DNA from: a virus | Length of the DNA: 64,000 bases | Virus record (IMG/VR): IMGVR_UViG_3300042908_000680 | Location: 64,001-128,000 of that record | Reading direction: 5' to 3' (one strand) | Part shown: positions 1-9,069 of the stretch, one piece after another | Layout: each line of letters begins with the position of its first letter | Numbering within the stretch: the first letter of the stretch is position 1 | Notes under the pieces: model-generated | Database searches by the model: none | The model's input: the letters and a program-made list of their open reading frames with translations, nothing else | What the model was told of the DNA's origin: nothing | Program-made: the position numbers and the translations under genes

Positions 1-1
1 T

Positions 2-487
2 AAAAATAAAGTTAAATTAATTCCATCCATAGAAGAAGTAATATCATCATTACGTTCTTTTGATATTAATTTTATTCTTATCGGAAGTGAAGTGGGAAAA
101 ATATATAATTTGTGTGAATTTACTAAGGACATAGATTTATTAATAGATCCATCTACAAAAAATTTCAAAAAACTATATAGATATTTAAAACAACACTTTA
201 ATATTAATTTTAAATCTTTATGCGCATTAGATAGAATAGTTTTAGTTGTAAAAGAAAAAACAATTGAAATATTTATTCGTGATGCATTATTTGTAGATTA
301 TGATTTCAACAAAAAAAACCATATAACAGAAAAATTCTTTAATAATATAGTTACTATTCTCCCAGAGGAAGAATATATAAATTCTGTCAAAAAATGTATA
401 ATTTATCATATATCAAAACAAAATTTGGAATCAGCATCAAAATATATAAATATTTTAAACAAATATAATAAGAAGTACTCAATATGA
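2..487 (+). CDS. Partial (5'-truncated) putative nucleotidyltransferase-fold protein
   Basis: Frame is open from base 2 and reads ...FILIGSEVGKIYNLCEFTKDIDLLID, a GS...DxD pattern of the Pol-beta-like NTase superfamily. The track start at 92 is probably not the true start. Confidence 0.45.
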   Translation, partial: KNKVKLIPSIEEVISSLRSFDINFILIGSEVGKIYNLCEFTKDIDLLIDPSTKNFKKLYRYLKQHFNINFKSLCALDRIVLVVKEKTIEIFIRDALFVDYDFNKKNHITEKFFNNIVTILPEEEYINSVKKCIIYHISKQNLESASKYINILNKYNKKYSI

Positions 488-3417
488 ATTGCCCATGTGG
501 ATCAATATTAATACCTAAAGGAACCAAGTATTCAGAATATGGACTTGGCTTAAAGGTGCTACATACTCAGGGCGAGATTATTCTTAAACTCGTTCATGAT
601 CAAGATAGCACACTAAATAACGAGCAGGAATTCATAACAACCTCTGAAAAATGTACACTTAATAGTGATATTGTAATTACTGGATTTGAAGTATTTTGGG
701 ACAAAAGGTTTCCATCCACTGTAAGTTTAACAAATTCTATACAGGTGTCCATAAAACAATATCTATCTGATACAGTACTTGGATTTGAAAGTATAAGCTT
801 ACTACAAGATGAAAAGATAACTATAAATGATTGTCGTTCTATTTCTACTAATCTATTCAATAAAAAACTTTTGGTATCAATCAAAAGTATTTGTTCTTAT
901 GATATAAGCTGTTGCGGAAAATCTCCAAGCATTAGTTTATCTCCATCATCAAAAAATATTGATGTTCCATGCCTACAGGATAGAAAGTTAGATCTAGTAA
1001 CTGGAATAAAGATTGAACATATCGACATAAATGATGTTTTAGTTACTTGGGATGTTTTTGATTCTAGTGGCGATGTTTCTTATAGAGTAGATATATCTAA
1101 CAATAACGGTCAGACTTGGACTAATGTATCTACAACTGTATTAAATAGTCAACTTGTAAAAGATCTTCCCGATGGAACATACATAGTCAGAATTACTGGA
1201 ATAGTATCTGGCATCGACGGTAGTAGTGGATATAGTAATAGTTTTACTATTAATACTGTTCAAATTGGTCCAGTTGTTAATGTGATAGTAACACCAGCTA
1301 GTCCTAATAGTGGAACTATTACGTGGGAATTACCAACTGGTGGTGGCACAACTGGTGGTGGAACCCCAGTATACATAATAGAAATATCTAACGATGGTGG
1401 ATTAACTTGGAGCAGTCCGGTTGTAACAACAGACCCCTCATATACTTTTACTAATTTGCCAGATGGCACTTATATAATTAGAATAACTACAGATTATCAA
1501 GATAATATTGGATGTTTAGTTGTAACTCAAGATTCTAATGGTAATACAACATCTCAAATTGTGTCATCTAACGCTTTAGATTATTTTATATCTCATCTTC
1601 CAGCCGGTACTATTGTAGTTGGAAATACTCAAATATCTTTAGATACTTTATCGACTACAATAACTTTTACTATTCCACTTACAACAACGTCAACGACAAC
1701 AATTGCTCCAACGACCACTAGCACAAGTACTTCCACTAGCACAAGTACTTCCACAACTGGCACTAGTACAAGTACATCAACTAGTACTTCTACTTCTACT
1801 TCTACTTCTACTTCTACAAGTACTAGCACTTCAACCAGTATAAGCCCCTCTACTACTACGTGTTCACCATTATTATTTGCTACTTGCGCACAAGAAAGCG
1901 ACTGTGGCTATTTAGTTAGAGAGTATGTTCTTGATTGTAATAAATACTGTGAATATAGTGACGGTTGCCCTCCCCTGCTGCCACCCCTGCTTCCACCCGA
2001 TACTTCTACAACAAGTACTAGCACATCCACAAGCACCAGTACTAGCACATCCACAAGCACCAGTACTAGCACCAGTACTAGCACTAGTACCAGTACCACT
2101 ACTAATGGTCCACCTCAACCACCACCCTCGACCACAACTACTACTACTACATGTAATCCAAATAATGTTCAAGGTACATGTCCACCATCAAATGACTGTG
2201 TAGAATGGAAAGATTTAGGCGTTAATCCTTATACTTGCACTAAAGTATGTAGTTCAAAAGAGAAAACTGGACTATGCTGCTATGTTGCTGGGGGTATATC
2301 AATGTTTAGCATCACTACATGTAATGAATGTTTTGTAGCGGGTAGACTAGATGTTTCATTTATATCTGGAGCAGAATGCGGAGATGATTGCGCTAGTATA
2401 TGTAACACATATGGATGTACTTCACAAGATGGTTGTGAAAAAGGTAATGGAGATATGTCTTATGAAGATTGCCATGATGTATGTATAAAACCGTGGTATT
2501 GTACTGTGCCGGGAGTTACCCCTTGTGCGCAAAGTGTTTATTGGCACGATATAAGTCTAGAGCCAGACGCTTTTGATAATAAGTATGATTGTAATAAAGC
2601 TTGTACCACCACAGCTACTACTAGTACAACGGGTACTACCAGTACAACAAGTCAACCCACTAGCACCACAACTGGCCAACCTACTAGTACTACAACAGGT
2701 CAGCCAACTAGCACCACTGAGCAAGCAACTACTACCCCCATTGTTACAACTCCACAAGCTACAACTACTCCAAATGTTACTATTCCACCAGTTATAGATA
2801 ATACAACTACGCTTCAAGCTACAACAACATCGTCAGGAACAACTTCTGGCCCTTCCGATGGTGGCGGCGGTGGCGGCGGTGGCGGCGGTGGAGGTGGTGG
2901 AGGTGGTGGAGGTGGTGGAGGTGGTGGAGGTGGTGGTGGCGGCGGCGGGGGTAATGTTGGTGTACCATGCCAATATGAGTTCTCGTTAATAGGACCAACA
3001 CCAATAACTCAAGAGCAAGCAAATGCTTGTAATAATAGCACTGGTGATTACGCTGGACCATATAATAGGGGTAGTGTAGTTGTGTCAAACGGTCAAGCTT
3101 ATTGTTGTTATGGTCCATGCACTCAAGATGGTGATTGTGATGGGGAGTATAATAAGTGTTGTTATGGGGGGTGTATTAATACAAATGACCCAACCCTAAA
3201 TGATCGCATAGAATTTCCAACGCAACAACAGATACAAGACGCAAATTGTTTTCCCGGCGATGTTATATGCCCAGCTGGCTGTTGTCCAGAACCATTCAAA
3301 ACATGTTGCACACATGGAGCGCGAGATCCTGATGGTGGTTATATCTATATTGCTCATGCTTATTGTGGAATATCTGACTGCGACTGCGCTCCACCGCCTT
3401 GGAATCCACAGGCGTGA
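484..3417 (+). CDS. Mucin-like putative virion protein: two fibronectin type III domains, Ser/Thr tracts, poly-Gly, Cys-rich segments
   Basis: Two FN3-like units (VTW...Y.V/IxISNxxGxTW...LPDGTYIV/IRI), (ST)n tracts, 31 consecutive Gly and many CC/CxxC motifs. ATGA overlap with the upstream ORF. Confidence 0.7.
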   Translation: MNCPCGSILIPKGTKYSEYGLGLKVLHTQGEIILKLVHDQDSTLNNEQEFITTSEKCTLNSDIVITGFEVFWDKRFPSTVSLTNSIQVSIKQYLSDTVLGFESISLLQDEKITINDCRSISTNLFNKKLLVSIKSICSYDISCCGKSPSISLSPSSKNIDVPCLQDRKLDLVTGIKIEHIDINDVLVTWDVFDSSGDVSYRVDISNNNGQTWTNVSTTVLNSQLVKDLPDGTYIVRITGIVSGIDGSSGYSNSFTINTVQIGPVVNVIVTPASPNSGTITWELPTGGGTTGGGTPVYIIEISNDGGLTWSSPVVTTDPSYTFTNLPDGTYIIRITTDYQDNIGCLVVTQDSNGNTTSQIVSSNALDYFISHLPAGTIVVGNTQISLDTLSTTITFTIPLTTTSTTTIAPTTTSTSTSTSTSTSTTGTSTSTSTSTSTSTSTSTSTSTSTSTSISPSTTTCSPLLFATCAQESDCGYLVREYVLDCNKYCEYSDGCPPLLPPLLPPDTSTTSTSTSTSTSTSTSTSTSTSTSTSTSTSTTTNGPPQPPPSTTTTTTTCNPNNVQGTCPPSNDCVEWKDLGVNPYTCTKVCSSKEKTGLCCYVAGGISMFSITTCNECFVAGRLDVSFISGAECGDDCASICNTYGCTSQDGCEKGNGDMSYEDCHDVCIKPWYCTVPGVTPCAQSVYWHDISLEPDAFDNKYDCNKACTTTATTSTTGTTSTTSQPTSTTTGQPTSTTTGQPTSTTEQATTTPIVTTPQATTTPNVTIPPVIDNTTTLQATTTSSGTTSGPSDGGGGGGGGGGGGGGGGGGGGGGGGGGGGGGGNVGVPCQYEFSLIGPTPITQEQANACNNSTGDYAGPYNRGSVVVSNGQAYCCYGPCTQDGDCDGEYNKCCYGGCINTNDPTLNDRIEFPTQQQIQDANCFPGDVICPAGCCPEPFKTCCTHGARDPDGGYIYIAHAYCGISDCDCAPPPWNPQA
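1681..2150 (+). repeat. Low-complexity Ser/Thr codon repeats, including (ACTTCT)n and a 24-bp tandem
   Basis: acttct hexamer array at ~1786-1815; agtactagcacatccacaagcacc twice at ~2014-2061. Confidence 0.85.
2860..2952 (+). repeat. GGN codon run encoding 31 glycines
   Basis: Counted directly: ggt/ggc/gga/ggg x31, in frame. Confidence 0.95.
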
Positions 3418-3496
3418 TAAATTAGTGACTATTAATTTGCAATACAGTCAATTCAATAAATTTTGACTATAACATTTCATAGAAAGAGAGGACATT

Positions 3497-4096
3497 ATGA
3501 ATATTTCAAAAACTATTACTATTCAACCACCGCCATATTCTGATAATTCTGGAAAGATTTTTAATCCACCAGAGATTAAATTAGAAGAACTAAATTTAAT
3601 ATTTATAGACAATCCAAAAGCTAAAACTTTATCTGTTCAAATACCACAATTACCAATAAATATCACGATATGGGGTGGCTCAGATTATGATCTAATTGGC
3701 GATTGGACAAAATCTCAAGCTGAAAAAAAATTAGAGACTATTCTTGGTGATAACCCTTCTGCATATCTTAGGTCTTTGTATCCCAAAACTCTAGAAGAAC
3801 ACCCAAATCATCCCGGCACTATTCTTTCTAAAATGATTAAAAGTGTTGGAATTCAAATGACAGATAGTTGCTCATGTAAACGCCATGCTCTAGAAATGAA
3901 TGAACATGGAAATGATTGGTGTGAGCAAAATATTGATACCGTTGTTGGGTGGCTTCGTGAAGAAGCTAGTAGAAGAGGACTTCCATTTATGGACGCTTTA
4001 GGCAAGCTATTAGTGGGTCGAGCAATTAAAAAATCCCGCAAATTGCTGGCAAATGAGCCGGTTCCAGAAAACGACGAAGATCTAGATACTATCTAG
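3497..4096 (+). CDS. Hypothetical two-domain phage protein with a CSC...WC motif
   Basis: GAGAGGA RBS and 199-aa ORF. C-terminal PGT.L...CSCKRHA.EM...WC...VGWLREEA..RGLPF domain. Confidence 0.6.
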   Translation: MNISKTITIQPPPYSDNSGKIFNPPEIKLEELNLIFIDNPKAKTLSVQIPQLPINITIWGGSDYDLIGDWTKSQAEKKLETILGDNPSAYLRSLYPKTLEEHPNHPGTILSKMIKSVGIQMTDSCSCKRHALEMNEHGNDWCEQNIDTVVGWLREEASRRGLPFMDALGKLLVGRAIKKSRKLLANEPVPENDEDLDTI

Positions 4097-4101
4097 TTTT
4101 G

Positions 4102-4118
4102 GTGTATATTACATAGAG
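4102..4118 (+). promoter_or_regulatory. Putative phage late promoter motif GTGTATA
   Basis: Intergenic GTGTATATTACATAGAG, 47 nt before ATG 4149. The same core recurs before genes 10091 and 42310. Confidence 0.5.
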
Positions 4119-4148
4119 AAGCCAAAAAACAAAAAACGGGGACTTTTT

Positions 4149-4670
4149 ATGTCTTGGAGAAGCCAGATACCGTTAATGGTCAGGCATTTAATAAATGACC
4201 TAGAACCATCTAATTACAAATATTCTGATGATAGGATAGAAACATCTGTTCTAGTTAGCGCACAAATGCTAACTATAGAAACGGATTTTCCTAATTCCTA
4301 TTCTATAGATATTGCTAATGGTCAGCTATCTCCAGACCCTACCAGCGTTGATACAAAAGATAATGCATTTATGAACTTAACTGCATTAAAAACCGCTTGT
4401 ATCATAGTTGGTAGCGAACTAAAGACCGAAGCTTCAAATGCAATCTCTATCAAAGATGGACCCTCTGCTATAGACTTAAGGGGAGTAGCCTCTACCCTAT
4501 CAGTTCTATACAAAGACCTCTCTGATAAATACGCTAAACTACTACTAGATTACCGTGCTGGTGGTAGCATAGTTGGACACGCTATTCTTGGCCCATATAG
4601 TCCAGCTAGTGACTACGTTGTTAGAACCCACGGTGATTACGATTCCAGAGGCGGCTATTTTAGATATTAA
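4149..4670 (+). CDS. Putative head-tail adaptor/connector
   Basis: VRHLIND...YSDDRI N-terminus and ISIKDGPSAIDL element typical of adaptor proteins; lies at the start of the neck module. Confidence 0.5.
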   Translation: MSWRSQIPLMVRHLINDLEPSNYKYSDDRIETSVLVSAQMLTIETDFPNSYSIDIANGQLSPDPTSVDTKDNAFMNLTALKTACIIVGSELKTEASNAISIKDGPSAIDLRGVASTLSVLYKDLSDKYAKLLLDYRAGGSIVGHAILGPYSPASDYVVRTHGDYDSRGGYFRY

Positions 4671-4682
4671 TGGAGGATCAAG

Positions 4683-5627
4683 ATGACCGTTCGCTCAAAA
4701 GATGATTTAAAAACATACATAGCTGGCGTTTTACCAGACAACAATGCTGGTCAAATTTCTGCCGCTGATGTTAGAAATAGTATTATTGACACTGTTGATT
4801 CTATAAATCAAATTGTGGCTAGTGGCTTTTTTGACTCTTCAACGCCATTTGTGAACAATGTAAGACTTCAAAAAGACGGAAACACTGGCGGCATATTGCG
4901 CGTTGGTTCTGGTATTGATTTTATTAGTGGTGGCGGTATGCAATATGTTCCATACCCCGGCCCCGGTGGAATATCTCATAGCGGTTTAGCCGATTTGAGT
5001 GCCGGTGATCCACATACACAATATTTAATATCAAATGGTAGCAGATCCATGACCGGCAGTTTGGGTATGAGAAATAATTGGATTAACTCTAGCGGTTCTG
5101 CTGATATAACAAATAATAATGGCTATAGAGGTTTGCAGTTTAGCTATGTAAATCCAACTGGCGAAAATATTAATGTTGGTAGTGGCACATCTTTCGTTTA
5201 TTTAAAAGACGCCTCAAGAATGAATTCTGCCCGAGGTGTAGCAAAAGCTTGGATTAGGTTTGACTCGACCAGTGGAGTTGCTGCTGGTAAATCATTATAT
5301 GTTTTAGATTCATATAATATTTCTGCTATTAAGCACGAAGATGCTGGTAAATTTACAATTACTTTTAGTTCTGGCGTTTTTAAGGACAATAACTATATTG
5401 CAATTGGTCATAGCAATGCTAGATCTAGTGCTAGTGGCATAACTGATTTTAGCCAATGCACAGTAAGTACTCCATATAGAACTGGAAATGATGCCAATTC
5501 TCTAAGGAAAATTAGTTTTGCTGTTTTAGACGATAGTAACACATATGTAAATGCCAAAATAAATGAATTAGTAGTATTTGGTACAGAACCGAATGGTTCG
5601 GGAAATCCTAGCGTCACTATAGAATAA
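4683..5627 (+). CDS. Virion structural protein (fibre/collar-like)
   Basis: LPDNNAGQISAADVR, H..L..L..GDPHTQY and AKAWIRFD...YNIS...GKFTITF motifs seen in phage fibre proteins; GGAGG RBS. Confidence 0.55.
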   Translation: MTVRSKDDLKTYIAGVLPDNNAGQISAADVRNSIIDTVDSINQIVASGFFDSSTPFVNNVRLQKDGNTGGILRVGSGIDFISGGGMQYVPYPGPGGISHSGLADLSAGDPHTQYLISNGSRSMTGSLGMRNNWINSSGSADITNNNGYRGLQFSYVNPTGENINVGSGTSFVYLKDASRMNSARGVAKAWIRFDSTSGVAAGKSLYVLDSYNISAIKHEDAGKFTITFSSGVFKDNNYIAIGHSNARSSASGITDFSQCTVSTPYRTGNDANSLRKISFAVLDDSNTYVNAKINELVVFGTEPNGSGNPSVTIE

Positions 5628-7429
5628 TGATTAATATATACGATAGAATAAAAGAAAGAACCTACACTATTGGTACTGGCAACTTCGCTCTTAGTGGAGT
5701 TGTACAGGGATTTTCTTCATTCTCATCTGTATATTCAAATAGCGGCGAGTTGTTCTATGCTGTTACTGACGGCACTAACTACGAAATCGGTTCTGGATTA
5801 TACTTATCTTCCAACAATCAGATCAAAAGATTTCCTGTCAGAAGTACTAATAGTAACAACTTAGTAAGCTTTACCGAGGGCTTAAAAGAGATATATGTTA
5901 CTTATCCAGCTAATAATGCTGTATTTAGTACATCTGGCCTTTTTCCAGTTCCACAAAATAGTGGATTAGCATTTTGGAATTCTTCCAACTCTCTATCTTA
6001 CAGCAATAAGTTTACAGTAGATTCTGGCAATGGTCGCATTGGTATCAACAAAAGCAATCCTACCGTATCGATAGATGTTGGCGGATCAAGCTCATCGTCT
6101 AACGTGAAAGCTTCTGGATTTATAGTTGGTAACTCTGGAGTATATTTCCCATCTGGTAATAATGGATTATCATCTTATCTTGGCGGAACTCAGCTAACTC
6201 ATTTTGAAATGAATAAAACAGATGCTTATTCTGCATCCGTCATAGAACTTAGTGGAAATGTTAATCAGCATATATTACTCAAAAAACAAAATGCCGGAAT
6301 GTTTTTCGCTGGACCACCAAGTGGATGTTTGCCACCATGCGATCCACAATATCCAAATTTTAGACCATTAACTCTAGAAGATGTGCCAGAATTATCTAAT
6401 ATATCTGGAATTTTAAATGCAAGAATTATTTCTACTTCTGGCTCTTTAAATAATAGCATAGTTTCAGCATCTGGCTCTTTAAATAATAAGATAGTTTCGG
6501 TTTCTGGATATTTAGATAATAAAATAAATTTTATTGCTAGTACTAATATATTATCTCAGTTTAGAATATCAACATCCACAACTGACCCACTCGCTGAAGG
6601 AGTTTCTACAACTATATATTTACATCCATATCTTGGCAATATAATCTCTCTTTTCAATGGATCTACTTGGGAAGAAAAACAATTCTCTAGTACATTGGCG
6701 TTGAATGCGACCTCTGTTAATGCTAACACAAACTATGATATTTTTGCTTATCTAAATGGAAGCACACTTTCATTTGAAAGCGTTGCGTGGAGTAATGATA
6801 CATCTAGAGGTACTGAAATATCATTACAAGATGGAGTATATTGTAAAATCAATGATAAGACTAGAAGGTATCTAGGAAGTGTGCGCAAGACTTCTGGAAA
6901 CTTTTCTAATAATTACAGTAGTAGACTAGTATTTAACGCTTATAATAGAGTTAAAAGATTTAGTGTAGTAAATGCATTTAATAATACTTGGTCACTTACT
7001 ACTACAGCAACTTATAGTATCGTTAACACTAATATAGTGCCTACTATAGAATTTTTATACGGATTGCCAGAAATGATTGATGCCAACATTAATTTATTTG
7101 TGGAAATGCCGGGAGATACTTCAATATATCAATTAATTTTATTGGATAAGCCTTATTCGGAATCTGCTAGAGCAAACAGCAACATTCTTAGTATTAATGA
7201 AATATTTTATGATTTTAATGCTAAAATTAATGCCATTGGTCAAGGATTTTTGTTATATGGTGAATTTACAGATTTTAATAAAATGTTAGCTCACGCTAGT
7301 ATGACAACAGAATTAATTGGCTACTTAGAATTATTAGCAGCAGAAAGAGTTATACTTGGCAATTCTCCAAGTATAAGTATAAATACAAGTTTTGGAGCAA
7401 ATGGTTATAATGCCACTTCCTATCAGTAG
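5627..7429 (+). CDS. Tail fibre protein
   Basis: DRIKE.T.T.GTG.F.LSG N-terminus, GRIGINKSNP fibre motif and 11-aa repeat stalk; followed by a chaperone-like gene. Confidence 0.65.
   Translation: MINIYDRIKERTYTIGTGNFALSGVVQGFSSFSSVYSNSGELFYAVTDGTNYEIGSGLYLSSNNQIKRFPVRSTNSNNLVSFTEGLKEIYVTYPANNAVFSTSGLFPVPQNSGLAFWNSSNSLSYSNKFTVDSGNGRIGINKSNPTVSIDVGGSSSSSNVKASGFIVGNSGVYFPSGNNGLSSYLGGTQLTHFEMNKTDAYSASVIELSGNVNQHILLKKQNAGMFFAGPPSGCLPPCDPQYPNFRPLTLEDVPELSNISGILNARIISTSGSLNNSIVSASGSLNNKIVSVSGYLDNKINFIASTNILSQFRISTSTTDPLAEGVSTTIYLHPYLGNIISLFNGSTWEEKQFSSTLALNATSVNANTNYDIFAYLNGSTLSFESVAWSNDTSRGTEISLQDGVYCKINDKTRRYLGSVRKTSGNFSNNYSSRLVFNAYNRVKRFSVVNAFNNTWSLTTTATYSIVNTNIVPTIEFLYGLPEMIDANINLFVEMPGDTSIYQLILLDKPYSESARANSNILSINEIFYDFNAKINAIGQGFLLYGEFTDFNKMLAHASMTTELIGYLELLAAERVILGNSPSISINTSFGANGYNATSYQ
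6404..6530 (+). repeat. 33-bp (11-aa) degenerate tandem repeat, about 4 copies
   Basis: ISGILNARIIS/TSGSLNNSIVS/ASGSLNNKIVS/VSGYLDNKINF; tctggctctttaaataat occurs twice, 33 bp apart. Confidence 0.8.
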
Positions 7430-7437
7430 GTTAAAAT

Positions 7438-7944
7438 ATGTTATATAAATTAGTTCAAGAAATAAATAATATACTTCCAATAGTGGGAGTCTCAGAATCA
7501 AACGATGCAATTTCTGTTATGTATATTAATCAGCCAACTGAATCACAATTAGAAGCTATAAATGAGATATTGAACAATTGGCCTTTAAAAAAACTTAAAT
7601 CAGAAAAACTTAAACAATTAGATATAGTTTGGGCCGAAATTGTAAAAACTGGCTGGACAACCCAAGCTGGATATAAACTTGGAATAGATATTCAAGACAT
7701 TACATTATTAACCGGCGCATTCACATTAGCTAAAGAAGCCAACAATATTGGACTTACTGATCCATCATATATAGTTGACACCGAAGGAAATTCTCATGGA
7801 TTATCATTACCAGAATTTACTCAATTGATGTTACAATATGGTCAAGCCAGAGCAACCTTAAGCAATTCATACGCCGCACTAAAACAATCTATTAATGAGT
7901 CTACAAGTATAGAAGAATTAAACGCTATCAACTTAACAATATAG
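7438..7944 (+). CDS. Tail fibre assembly chaperone-like (DUF4376-like)
   Basis: Follows the fibre gene. K..KL..L ... LKQSINESTSIEELNAI C-terminal pattern. Confidence 0.55.
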   Translation: MLYKLVQEINNILPIVGVSESNDAISVMYINQPTESQLEAINEILNNWPLKKLKSEKLKQLDIVWAEIVKTGWTTQAGYKLGIDIQDITLLTGAFTLAKEANNIGLTDPSYIVDTEGNSHGLSLPEFTQLMLQYGQARATLSNSYAALKQSINESTSIEELNAINLTI

Positions 7945-7951
7945 GTGACTT

Positions 7952-8434
7952 ATGCCAGTAAATGTGCCAGAGAGCGTTTTTGCCAAATACTATGACGTAA
8001 TAGATTCTACCTTCGATATTTTTGGCGTAATGTGTAAACTTGTATCTACCAATAGAATAGAAGAAACTGTATATAGTCCAAGTAATAATATTCCAGAAAA
8101 AAATTCTATAAATGTTCATCGTCTAAATAACACAAACTATGAGCGTAGTAATAAAATTATAAGAGAAGTAGAAGTATTTACAGAAATTAAATTAAAAGTA
8201 TACTGGAATCCAAAAGAGTGGATTAATGTGGCTGGCGATATACAAGTCCCAAATAATGTTATACAGACTATTGGCTTTATGAAAGACTTACCACAAATAC
8301 TAAAAGCCAAAGCACTCATAGTACATAAGGACATACAGGACTATAAAGAAATGAGATTTGAGAGAATGGGAGAACATATACCAATGGGTCTTAGGCAAAA
8401 TAGATATTTTTCATGCCTTTGGAATAGAACATGA
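7952..8434 (+). CDS. Putative head-closure/neck protein
   Basis: 160 aa, beta-rich, FGVMCKLV start and PMGL..RYFSCLW end; synteny in the neck module. Confidence 0.45.
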   Translation: MPVNVPESVFAKYYDVIDSTFDIFGVMCKLVSTNRIEETVYSPSNNIPEKNSINVHRLNNTNYERSNKIIREVEVFTEIKLKVYWNPKEWINVAGDIQVPNNVIQTIGFMKDLPQILKAKALIVHKDIQDYKEMRFERMGEHIPMGLRQNRYFSCLWNRT

Positions 8435-9069
8435 CCATAACATTGAAATTACTTGAGTCAGTTGATCAGATAGAGAATAACATACTATCTGCTATAGCTA
8501 CTCAATTTAATTCTTCAATGAAATCAAATAAATCAAAGATATTAGATAATGTTAAATTATTAATTCCACCTTGGATATCAAGCCAACCAGAAATAGAATC
8601 TTTATCTTCTGGAGGCACTTCATCTTTGATTGGTCAGTTCGGAATAACTATTAGTGCAGTTTCTATAATTAATGCCATTATATCTTCGGTAGTAAGTTCA
8701 ACAAGTATATCGGTAGTTCCATATAATAATAAACTAAAGGGTGGTGGTATTGAAGTTAATATTCAACCAGATAATTTTGCCAATTTATTAAATCTTCCCC
8801 AAGGTCACTCTGTCTATAAAGATGGAGACTTGCATTGGCTAGATTGGTTATTAAATAGGGGAGATGAAATTATAGTAGTTGGATATGAATATAACCCACA
8901 AACCGGCTTGGGACGATCTAGATTAGGTAACATGAAAGAAGGAGGTTCTTTTAGAGTACCTCCACAATTTTCTGGAACAGACAAAGATAATTTCATAACT
9001 CGCGCTTTAACCGGCGGTGAACAAGAAAAACAAATAGCTAAAATCTTTGAAAATATATTAGGTGCATAA
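8431..9069 (+). CDS. Putative tail-completion/neck protein
   Basis: Synteny between closure and terminator genes; LHWLDWLL and FSGT..DNFITRAL motifs. Confidence 0.4.
   Translation: MTITLKLLESVDQIENNILSAIATQFNSSMKSNKSKILDNVKLLIPPWISSQPEIESLSSGGTSSLIGQFGITISAVSIINAIISSVVSSTSISVVPYNNKLKGGGIEVNIQPDNFANLLNLPQGHSVYKDGDLHWLDWLLNRGDEIIVVGYEYNPQTGLGRSRLGNMKEGGSFRVPPQFSGTDKDNFITRALTGGEQEKQIAKIFENILGA

Noticed and set aside
1629-3118. Antisense/alternate-frame ORFs with (VL)n, (VE)n or His-rich repeats
   Set aside because: They are shadows of the Ser/Thr and Gly codon repeats of 484..3417.
484-3417. Eukaryotic or NCLDV origin suggested by the mucin-like protein and glycan genes
   Set aside because: Shine-Dalgarno sites, sigma70 promoters, DnaE, the TMP and tail genes indicate a bacteriophage.
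5627-7944. Diversity-generating retroelement targeting the tail fibre
   Set aside because: No reverse transcriptase and no TR/VR repeat pair seen.
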